34,179 nt of DNA from Chlamydiales bacterium. Its GTDB lineage: Bacteria > Chlamydiota > Chlamydiia > Chlamydiales > JBDQID01. The first letter of the stretch is position 1. Every line of letters starts with the position of its first letter. The DNA is taken from positions 1 through 34,179 of the forward strand of contig JBLFWS010000017.1 of assembly GCA_047611865.1 (NCBI GenBank). The letters run 5' to 3'. A program made the position numbers and the translations under genes. The notes under the pieces are model-generated. The model saw only the letters and a program-made list of their open reading frames with translations. It made no database searches and was not told the DNA's origin. Positions 27,093 to 34,179 of this stretch are shown here, piece by piece.

Positions 27093-30000
27093 ATGTCTAT
27101 TCCCCCTATCACTTCACCCATACTAAATATTACTTCTAGGCAAGAAGCAGAATTGGATTCACAGGAAGTTTCCAGTGATATTTCGAACCTTGCAGTTAGA
27201 TCCCCAATGAGTACAAGCAGCCTTCTTTCCGCAGAAACCCTTGCAGCCCTAACCGCCCCTCAGCCCTATACCCCTATCACCGATGAATGTCTGATCCCTA
27301 TATTAACCCCTACATTGTCCGACCGCAAAACAGCTAAAGTCATTCTCCCAAACGGTATTCAAGTATATATCGTTTCAGACCCAAACTTCAAAAAATCAGC
27401 CTGTGCCTTATCCGTCGGAGTAGGAAGCTACGACGATCCTCGTGAATTTGGAGGGCTTGCTCACTTTACAGAACACCTCTCGTTTCTTGGCAGTGCCAGA
27501 TATCCCGGTGACGCTGAATTTGACCAGTTTCTCAGCAGCCACGGAGGATACTCCAACGCCTCTACTCATGATATTTTCACCAACTATTATTTCGATGTAG
27601 ATCATAATTTTTTCCCTGAAGGACTTTCCCGCTTTTCTGACTTCTTTATTCAACCAATTTTTAAAGAATCAGGCATCGCCAAAGAAGTAAACGCTGTCGA
27701 CAACGAATTTACAGAATGCACCCACGAAAACGTATGGGCCAAAGAGTACATTTTGAAAGAACTCTCCAATCCCGCACATCCCGAAACGATATTTGATATA
27801 GGAAACAAACAAAGCCTGGCCAAGATACCCCGTGAAAAAGTGATTGAATGGCATCACGATCACTACAGTTCCAACATCATGAACCTTACCCTATGCTCCT
27901 CTCTTTCCCTCGAAGACATCAAACAACAGCTGTTCCACTTCTCCCAAATTGAAAACAAAAATGTCTCTTTGGAGCGTGTAAGGGAGCCAATACTAAAGCC
28001 TGAATTTGAAGGCTCCAAAATTTTCATCAAGCCCGTACAACAAGAACGAGAGCTCACAATACTTCGGGAGCTACCTTCTGAGTTCGCCTCTATAAAAGGC
28101 TCTTCCCCTCACGATACCCTGGCAACTATTTTGGGAGATGAATCCCAAAATAGCCTCCTGGAACAACTAAAACGTGAAGATCTTGCAGAGGAACTTTCTG
28201 CCGGAGGAGAAAAGAAAGGAGATCACAGCCTATTTTTCAGGATTAACATCTCCCTTACCGAAAAAGGCCTACAAAATATTGACACCGTCATTGAGCGGTG
28301 CTTTCAAGCTATCAAAAGCTTTAAGTCCTTACCCGAGGGAATCCCTCAATATGTTTTTGATGAAGGGAAAAGTCTTTCTACTCTCAATTACCAACTACAA
28401 TCTTTTTCAAATGCCAGCACCTGTGCAGAAAGCGCTTCTTCATGTCTCGTTCGCCACGAATTAAGCACTTATCCTGAAACTCCTTTTATCCCTCAAAGTT
28501 TTAACAAGGAGGCTTGTCAAGCTCTCTTAGAAAGCTTACTACCCGAACGATGCCTTTATATGATCAGCTGTGATCCAGACGAACTAGGTGTCACTGAAGC
28601 TGAACAAGCAAATTGGAAAGAAGAAAAGTGGATGAAGACAAAATTTGACATCCAGCCTGTTAGCGCAGAAACCCTCTCTCTCTGGAATGAAGCAATCGCA
28701 CATCCCTCCATCACCGTTGCTCCACCAAACCCTTTCATACCTACAAATTTTTCCATTCGAGGGAGTACAGAATCTGTAGAAGCCAACGAACCAGAACTCA
28801 TCATCAATGAAGAAAAAGGCTCCCTACATTTCAAACAGGACCAAACCTTTCTCACCCCCAAGTTGTTCGAACAGTATAGCCTTATCACTCCTACCCTAGA
28901 CTCCAGCAACACAAAAGCTCGTCTATTAGCAAGCCTATATTTAACAGGCCTCAATGAATCTCTAAACCCTCTCATGTATCAAGCTAGTGCATCAGGACTT
29001 GATTCGTCGGGCTTCGTTCTTAGTGGTAAAGGAATAGAATTATGCATCAGCGGATATAACGATAAGGCAGAAGTTTTCCTTGAAAACATGCTACAAGCCT
29101 TTTCCCAAGAGCTTTTCAGCCAAGAAAAATTCGAGTCATATAAAAGTTCCATGATGATGGAGCTACGCAGTGATCTTCAAGAAAGTCCCATGGCACAAGC
29201 CTCCCAAGAGCTTGCTCAACTTCTTTACGAATATGCTCCAAGTATAAAGCGCCAGTTGAAAATATTGTCTAAACTTCAGTATGAGGATCTCCAGACACTA
29301 CTCCCAAAGATCTTTAGCAAATCTTACCTTCAGGCTCTATCCTATGGCAACGTCACTAGAGAAGAAGCCGTTTCTAAATATCAAAAGTTCCAACTAGGCC
29401 TTGTAGGTCACGAGCCATATCTCAAAGAAAGTCATCGTCGTAAAAGAACCCTTTGTCTTCCAGAAGGTATGCAGCCTGCTTTCAAAAGGAGAAAAGTCGA
29501 TGTAGATGGAAACGCAGCCATTCTCCTTACAAGCCAGGGACCCTATAGTCCAAAAAACCGCGCCGTACAAATGATCCTCTTACACCTTTTAGAAAACCCT
29601 CTTTATGACAGGCTAAGAACACAGCTAGGCCTTGCTTATCAAGTATATCCCAAACCCTTAAGAGTTGGAGACGAACTCTACAATAGCTTCAACATTTCAT
29701 CGAATACACACAAAGGCCGAGAACTCACCACTCTTTTACAAATGGTTCTCGATCAATTCATTAGTGAGTTAAGCACAGAGGAAAAAGGGCTCAGCCAAGA
29801 AAATTTTGAGCAACACAAACACGGTTTACTTCAATCTCTAAATGAAACCGGTAGTTTAGGCAGAAAGGGGCAAGAATACGCTGGTGAACTAAACACCAGT
29901 CCCCCTGATTTTGCCAGAAAACAAAAGCTCATACAGGAAATCAAAGATCTGGAACTGGATGACTTTGTTCAATTAGCCAAAGAAAGCCTCGGCAGACATA

Positions 30001-30116
30001 TGAAAAAACGCGTCGCCATCGCCTGCGATGGGAATACTCCAGCAGATGAAAGACTTAGCTTCAAAAAAGTGGAAAATTTTAAAGGTCTACGCAAAGAGGA
30101 AAACTTCAAGGAATAA
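27093..30116 (+). CDS. ptr: M16A insulinase/pitrilysin-family zinc protease
   Basis: GLAHFTEHLSFLGS (HxxEH), SNAST, KEVNAVDNEF, LRTQLGLAY. RBS AGGAGA. Confidence 0.92.
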   Translation: MSIPPITSPILNITSRQEAELDSQEVSSDISNLAVRSPMSTSSLLSAETLAALTAPQPYTPITDECLIPILTPTLSDRKTAKVILPNGIQVYIVSDPNFKKSACALSVGVGSYDDPREFGGLAHFTEHLSFLGSARYPGDAEFDQFLSSHGGYSNASTHDIFTNYYFDVDHNFFPEGLSRFSDFFIQPIFKESGIAKEVNAVDNEFTECTHENVWAKEYILKELSNPAHPETIFDIGNKQSLAKIPREKVIEWHHDHYSSNIMNLTLCSSLSLEDIKQQLFHFSQIENKNVSLERVREPILKPEFEGSKIFIKPVQQERELTILRELPSEFASIKGSSPHDTLATILGDESQNSLLEQLKREDLAEELSAGGEKKGDHSLFFRINISLTEKGLQNIDTVIERCFQAIKSFKSLPEGIPQYVFDEGKSLSTLNYQLQSFSNASTCAESASSCLVRHELSTYPETPFIPQSFNKEACQALLESLLPERCLYMISCDPDELGVTEAEQANWKEEKWMKTKFDIQPVSAETLSLWNEAIAHPSITVAPPNPFIPTNFSIRGSTESVEANEPELIINEEKGSLHFKQDQTFLTPKLFEQYSLITPTLDSSNTKARLLASLYLTGLNESLNPLMYQASASGLDSSGFVLSGKGIELCISGYNDKAEVFLENMLQAFSQELFSQEKFESYKSSMMMELRSDLQESPMAQASQELAQLLYEYAPSIKRQLKILSKLQYEDLQTLLPKIFSKSYLQALSYGNVTREEAVSKYQKFQLGLVGHEPYLKESHRRKRTLCLPEGMQPAFKRRKVDVDGNAAILLTSQGPYSPKNRAVQMILLHLLENPLYDRLRTQLGLAYQVYPKPLRVGDELYNSFNISSNTHKGRELTTLLQMVLDQFISELSTEEKGLSQENFEQHKHGLLQSLNETGSLGRKGQEYAGELNTSPPDFARKQKLIQEIKDLELDDFVQLAKESLGRHMKKRVAIACDGNTPADERLSFKKVENFKGLRKEENFKE

Positions 30117-30130
30117 TCTATATTTACCAA

Positions 30131-30170
30131 GGATGTTTTCATTACAACGAGAGCTGTCGTGAAAACATCC
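30131..30170. terminator. Stem-loop after ptr
   Basis: Perfect 11-bp inverted repeat GGATGTTTTCA / TGAAAACATCC starting 14 nt after the stop. There is no plus-strand U-tract. Confidence 0.5.
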
Positions 30171-30214
30171 CTGTAAAAAAAGACTTCGCTGCATTAACAA
30201 TGCATTACTTTAAA

Positions 30215-30319
30215 ATGCTCTTCACCGGAGAATTCTCGAAGCACTTTGTAGAGGGTATGGCAAAAATCTATGAGCCTAAACCCTTTATCGATGTCCATTC
30301 TCACACCCCAGACAATTGA
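30215..30319 (+). repeat. att-like direct repeat, copy 1 (shortest, outermost)
   Basis: Shares CACCGGA...TCGA..CACTTTGT.GAGGG.ATGGC.AAAAT.TATGAGC.TAAAC.CTTTATCGATGTCC with copies 2 and 3. Translates as MLFTGEFSKHFVEGMAKIYEPKPFIDVHSHTPDN*. Confidence 0.9.
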
Positions 30320-30491
30320 GAAAACCCCAACCCAAAAAAAGGGATGGTTCAGAAAGAGGCTTTTTTAGGTAACAAAAAGGGTTGTGGGATCATGCCGTTA
30401 AAATATGTCTAATTGCCAAAATTGCGAAGGCTAAATCGAGAAAAGTAAAGCTATGCTTAAGCTACCTGTTCTTGAAGTATTGGAGAGGTGC

Positions 30492-30614
30492 CACTACCGT
30501 GGCTATTAGGAGTTATCCATAGCCGGCTTATTCAAATTAGCTAATAATGGGATAATTTTATTTCTTTGTTGGAGAGGGGTGTATAGGTGATTTCTTCTTA
30601 AGGCCACGGTAGTG
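30492..30614. repeat. Inverted-repeat-bounded ~120-bp element (REP/MITE-like)
   Basis: Perfect 12-bp inverted repeat CACTACCGTGGC (30492-30503) / GCCACGGTAGTG (30603-30614), with weaker pairing on both sides. Confidence 0.55.
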
Positions 30615-30629
30615 ATCTTCCCTCTTGAT

Positions 30630-30753
30630 AGCCCCGTGCTTTAGCTCGGGGATAGGAAAAAAAGAGCACTCATCGGAACAGTTATATCGCCGCTTTAAAA
30701 GACGCTGACATTGGAAGTTATGAGGCCTTATAGATCATGGCGCTAAAGCCCCC
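30630..30753. repeat. IS200/IS605-end-like or REP-like hairpin
   Basis: AGCCCCGTGCTTTAGCTCGGGG hairpin (30630-30651) and a complementary GCTAAAGC(CCC) near 30742-30753. Confidence 0.45.
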
Positions 30754-30762
30754 ACATAAAAC

Positions 30763-30799
30763 AAAAAAAAGACTTTCCTGATTACTCAAGTAAGTCTTT
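30763..30799 (-). terminator. Intrinsic terminator directly downstream of the tRNA-like end of repeat copy 2
   Basis: On the minus strand: AAAGACTT-A-CTTGA-[GTAA]-TCAGG-A-AAGTCTTT-TTTTT, a stem with a GNRA loop and a U-tract. Confidence 0.7.
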
Positions 30800-31048
30800 A
30801 TAGTATAAGTGCCCTTCACCGGACAATTATCGAGCCACTTTGTTGAGGGAATGGCCAAAATATATGAGCTTAAACTCTTTATCGATGTCCATTCTCACCA
30901 CACCAAACAACCAAAAAAGTCTCAATCAAGATCAAAAGTCGCAATCTAACAGAGGGAAACACGAAAAACTCCCTTTCTTCCTCCTTTAGAGGAATAGAAC
31001 TTCAGAGAGGGGATTCTCAAGGGCAGATTGTGAAGAATGTTCATAATC
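30787..31048 (+). repeat. att-like direct repeat, copy 2 (~260 bp)
   Basis: Colinear with copy 3 from CAAG.AAGTCTTT.TAGTATAAGTGCCC to AGGAATAGAACTTCAGAGAGGGGATTCT.AAGGG.AGATTGTG. 30809-30949 translates as VPFTGQLSSHFVEGMAKIYELKLFIDVHSH... Confidence 0.92.
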
Positions 31049-31110
31049 CCGCCCTCAAAAATTCTAAGAATAGACTCAAAAGCCATAAATTTTGAGCATA
31101 GCCATATTTA

Positions 31111-31150
31111 TCTGATATAATCTGGTATAATCTGGCATTATCTGGCATGA
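31111..31150 (+). promoter_or_regulatory. Four 10-bp tandem direct repeats (putative operator)
   Basis: TCTGATATAA TCTGGTATAA TCTGGCATTA TCTGGCATGA, overlapping TATAAT hexamers, 23 nt upstream of the AlbA_2 ATG. Confidence 0.6.
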
Positions 31151-31173
31151 CATAGACCACAAAGGGCCAGAAA

Positions 31174-32320
31174 ATGCCGGATATCTCAGAAATTCTTACC
31201 TTTCCTGAGGGGAGAACCCTTGAGTTCAAGCAGGACCTTTCCTCTCTCAAACCAATTATGAAATCATTGGTTGCATTTGCAAATACAGCAGGAGGCATCC
31301 TCATCATCGGCAAGCGTGATGATGGAGAAATAATAGGTGTCCCTGATGTCCTAAAAGCAGAGGAGAAATTAGCCAATGCTATTGCAGACAGCATCTCTCC
31401 CCGATTGATGCCAGAAATAGAAATAGCTTCACATGATGGAGTTTCTTTGCTTGTGCTTAGGGTATCCCACTGGCGTGGCCCATTTTTCCTAAAATCGCAA
31501 GGAGAAGAACAGGGAGTTTACATAAGGCTTGGCTCGACCGATAGACAAGCTGGCCCCGATATTCTCAACGAATTAAAAAGAGCTATCAATAAGGTCTCTT
31601 TCGATGAACTAGCTTGTCCCACATGCGATAAGTCTTCTCTTGGTATGAAAAAAATCGAAACGGAATTCGCCAAAGTCGGGAAAAAGGTCACAAAGAAAAC
31701 TCTGGTATCATTTTATTTGGAAATAGCGATATACGACGTAAATATTTCTCAAATTGCGAAGTACGATGCGCTAGGTTTCAAGGTGAAAATAAAATAGATT
31801 TTATCGACCAGCTTGATATCGAAGGAAGTATTCTCGATGCTTTGACCGAAGTACCAAAGTTCATCAAAAGAAATACCCGATTAGCCGCTTCTATTAAAGG
31901 AACAAAAAGAGTAAACATCCCTGAATATTCTCCTGTGGTCATAAGAGAAATCCTTACGAATGCATTAGCTCATGCCGACTACTCAATCCAAGGGTTGCTA
32001 TTTTCTCCAACCGCATGGAAATCGAAAGCCCTGGCATGTTTCCCTACGGTTATACGCTAGAGAACTTTTTCATAGGTGTAAGCCATGTACGAAATAAGGT
32101 CATCACACGAATTTTACGAGAGCTCAATTTCATGGAGGAGTGGGGAACTGGCTATCAGCGTATATGTGAAACCTGCGAAAAGGAAAACTATCCTGAGCCT
32201 ATCTGGAATGAAGTTGGAGCAGCTATTCAAGTTTCCATTCCTTCTAGAAATACTTCCCAACCCATATCTAAGACAATACAAGATTTAGCATCATATGGCC
32301 TCAGTGTACGACAGCAAGAA
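31174..32320 (+). pseudogene. AlbA_2 (Schlafen-like) / HATPase_c_4 / HTH transcriptional regulator, disrupted
   Basis: EGRTLEFKQ...VAFANTAGG and IRLGST. Frame change at ~31704 into GIILFG...EVRCARFQG...REILTNALAHADYS, second frame change at ~31993 into VAIFSNRMEIESPG...EEWGTG, then cut after LSVRQQE by repeat copy 3. Confidence 0.88.
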
Positions 32321-32580
32321 AGTCTTTTTAGTATAAGTGCCCTCCACCGGACAATTATCGAACCACTTTGTAGAGGGTATGGCCAAAATCTATGAGCTTA
32401 AACCCTTTATCGATGTCCCTTATCACCGTCACAAGGACTGGGGGAAACTCCAATCAGGATCAAAATAGGAATCTGACTGAGGAAAAAACAGAAAACGCTC
32501 TCTTTGACTACTCCCTATCCAGGAATAGAACTTCAGAGAGGGGATTCTTAAGGGGAGATTGTGGGAAATGTTGATAAATC
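32315..32580 (+). repeat. att-like direct repeat, copy 3 (~265 bp)
   Basis: Colinear with copy 2. 32337-32468 translates as VPSTGQLSNHFVEGMAKIYELKPFIDVPYH... The minus strand of 32337-32364 reads GGTTCGA-TAATT-GTCCGGTGGAGGGCAC. Confidence 0.92.
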
Positions 32581-32598
32581 TACGTATCTTTCGAGTAT

Positions 32599-32730
32599 TT
32601 GACATTTTTCCTCTAAAGTACTAATCTTATTAGTACCTTAGAGGGAATATATCAACTTGCCTTAAGTAAATACTTGAACATTTTCTTTAAAAGTACTAAT
32701 ATTATTAGTACCTTAGAAGAAATTTACCAA
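32599..32730 (+). promoter_or_regulatory. abiE promoter with two palindromic operators
   Basis: TTGACA-N17-TAATCT (32599-32627). Palindromic cores AAGTACTAAT(C/A)TTATTAGTACCTT at 32616-32639 and 32691-32714, 75 bp apart, each inside a ~57-bp imperfect palindrome. Confidence 0.85.
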
Positions 32731-32739
32731 GTGCTCCTG

Positions 32740-33552
32740 ATGTTTTTTCAAAGTTTTTTCACCAACCGTCAAATATTCACTACCGAGGAAGTGCGGAATA
32801 TTATTTCTTCCAACAAAGATAAAAGCACACTAAAAAATTTGATGACCTATCACTTAAATAAAGGGCACATCATTCGCATCCGTCGTGCCCTTTACTACGT
32901 AGTTCCAAAAGGAATTACCCCAGAAAGTAGCCCAGTCGATCCTTATCTTATTTGTAGCAAAATGGCATCCGATGCTTTACTAGGATATCACACTGCATTA
33001 GCCTATTTTGGGAAATTGCATTCAATACGAAATGATTTTATTTACATTACTCAACAAAAAGTAAAGTCCCCTTTTTCCTTTCGAGAAGAAACCTACCAAG
33101 GAGTATCTCTACCCAAAAAATTACAACAATCCAAAGTCATGGATCTCGGTGTTCAAACTTGCCATCATCTCAGCCATCAAATACGGGTAACCAGCCTTGA
33201 GCGTACTTTCATTGATGTACTTGACCGCCCAGCACTTGTCGGGGACTGGGAGGAAATTTGGCGATCGCTAGAAAGTATTGAATATTTAGATCTTGATCAA
33301 GTGCTAACTTATGCCTTGTCACTTGGCAATGCCACCACGATCGCTAAAGCTGGATTTTTTCTAGAAATGCATCAGGAGAACCTAATGATTCCTGATCAAT
33401 TTCTAAAAAAACTCTCCACACACTGCCCCCTAAAACCCCATTACTTAGACCGCCACACTAATGAACCTCAAAAACTCATGAAACGATGGAAACTCATCGT
33501 TCCACAACACCTTCTGCAACGCAATTGGGAAGAACCACATGAAAATATCTAG
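32740..33552 (+). CDS. abiEi: Type IV toxin-antitoxin antitoxin, AbiEi family
   Basis: wHTH IFTTEEV...GHIIRIRRALY, LGYHTALAYFG, RVTSLERTFIDVLDRP. The ATG at 32740 is preferred because the longer ORF-track start lies inside the second operator. Confidence 0.85.
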   Translation: MFFQSFFTNRQIFTTEEVRNIISSNKDKSTLKNLMTYHLNKGHIIRIRRALYYVVPKGITPESSPVDPYLICSKMASDALLGYHTALAYFGKLHSIRNDFIYITQQKVKSPFSFREETYQGVSLPKKLQQSKVMDLGVQTCHHLSHQIRVTSLERTFIDVLDRPALVGDWEEIWRSLESIEYLDLDQVLTYALSLGNATTIAKAGFFLEMHQENLMIPDQFLKKLSTHCPLKPHYLDRHTNEPQKLMKRWKLIVPQHLLQRNWEEPHENI

Positions 33553-33953
33553 AGAAAGACTCCTAAAAGAAGCTGCGTTAACAGGATTTCGCCCTGAAAT
33601 ACTCGAAAAAGTTTGGTGCTTAATGGTATTAATGCTCACCCGTTTCTCCAAGAATGCTTAACGCTCAAAGGTGGAACAGCTCTTAATTTATTTGTTTTTG
33701 ACCTCCCTCGATTATCCGTAGACATTGACCTTAATTACATAGGTAAAGTTGATCGAGAATCCATGGTAAAAGACCGCCCAAAAGTTGAGAAAGCATTAGA
33801 AGCAGTCTTTAATAGGGAAGATATGAAAATTCGACGCATTCCCCAAAAGCATGCTGGTGGAAAATGGCAGCTTCAATATAACAGTGCTCTTGGTCACGGT
33901 GGAAACTTAGAAGTAGATCTCAACTTCATGTTTCGAATTCCTTTATGGGAAGT
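33539..33953 (+). pseudogene. abiEii: AbiEii/AbiGii nucleotidyltransferase toxin, frameshifted and truncated
   Basis: The ATG at 33539 overlaps the antitoxin end and reads MKISRERLLKEAALTGFRPEILEKVW. The frame changes at ~33616 into VLNGINAHPFL..LKGGTALNLF..PRLSVDIDLNY. Similarity ends after RIPLWE. Confidence 0.88.
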
Positions 33954-34179
33954 GCTATTGCCGACTCCATTGAGCCGTTTTTCACCCCCAATATCCAGCT
34001 AGTCACCTGGAGAAAAAGAGACCTTTTAATTATTAATGTCCCCCACTCTATAGGCCCTTATTATCTCAAATCTAAAGGAGAAGTTAATAGTACTTTCATA
34101 AGGCTTGGTTCCACAAACCGCTTAGCTGATGGAATGATGATTGAGAATATAAAAAGGTTAAAGCAACACCTCTACTACG
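33954..34179 (+). pseudogene. 5'-truncated fragment of a second AlbA_2-family gene, running off the window end
   Basis: An open frame absent from the ORF track reads AIADSIEPFFTPNIQLVTWRKRDLLIINVPHSIGPYYLKSKGEVNSTFIRLGSTNRLAD. It aligns with AIADSISPRLMPEIEIASHDGVSLLVLRVSHWRGPFFLKSQGEEQGVYIRLGSTDRQAG in the 31174 gene. Confidence 0.85.

Noticed and set aside
397..31394. Short antisense or nested ORFs in the track (e.g. 13486-13878, 17395-17757, 25944-26228, 28556-28975, 31041-31394)
   Set aside because: They overlap well-supported genes and carry no recognisable motifs, so they are treated as shadow ORFs.
32337..32364. Intact tRNA gene on the minus strand
   Set aside because: Only the T-loop and 3' acceptor strand are present, with a 5-nt insertion. 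There is no D arm, anticodon arm or 5' acceptor strand.
32392..32574. 60-aa ORF in repeat copy 3
   Set aside because: The frame is not preserved in the other copies, and synonymous changes in the att core favour the GQLSNHF frame.
30215..32580. Repeats as a CRISPR array
   Set aside because: Only three copies, 100-265 bp long, separated by 0.5-1.3 kb, and no cas genes.
33953..33990. TGCTATTGCCGACTCCATTGAGCCG as an IS21-like terminal repeat
   Set aside because: Fully explained as the codons AIADSIEP of the second AlbA_2 fragment.

Overview
AT-rich bacterial DNA, most likely from an environmental Chlamydiota genome. This is inferred from the CtcB/CtcC-like two-component pair, a chlamydial-type SET protein and a chlamydial-type Ptr insulinase. 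The window has three zones. (1) 46-16934: a mostly minus-strand cluster of an AsmA-like protein, a LysM lipoprotein, a 2168-aa membrane-anchored coiled-coil/TPR protein, a FlgN-like protein, a sensor kinase, a sigma54 activator and a FleN/FlhG-type ATPase. It is interrupted by an ankyrin-SET gene and a 210-bp IS903-like MITE with a 9-bp target duplication. (2) 17019-30116: an NSS transporter, then a sulfation locus (sat-cysC fusion, PAP phosphatase, sulfotransferase) behind a perfect sigma54 promoter. This is followed by a secreted ankyrin protein, UDP-xylose synthase, a secreted HipA/Fam20-like kinase, a kinase plus half-size PnuC pair, and a Ptr protease with an effector-like N-terminus. (3) 30215-end: a decaying island with three direct repeats that look like a tRNA 3' end on one strand and a recombinase C-terminal tail on the other. 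They separate an AlbA_2 regulator pseudogene, an AbiE toxin-antitoxin locus (antitoxin intact, toxin broken) and a fragment of a second AlbA_2 gene. No intact tRNA, rRNA or CRISPR array was seen. All family calls come from reading motifs by eye, not from database searches.
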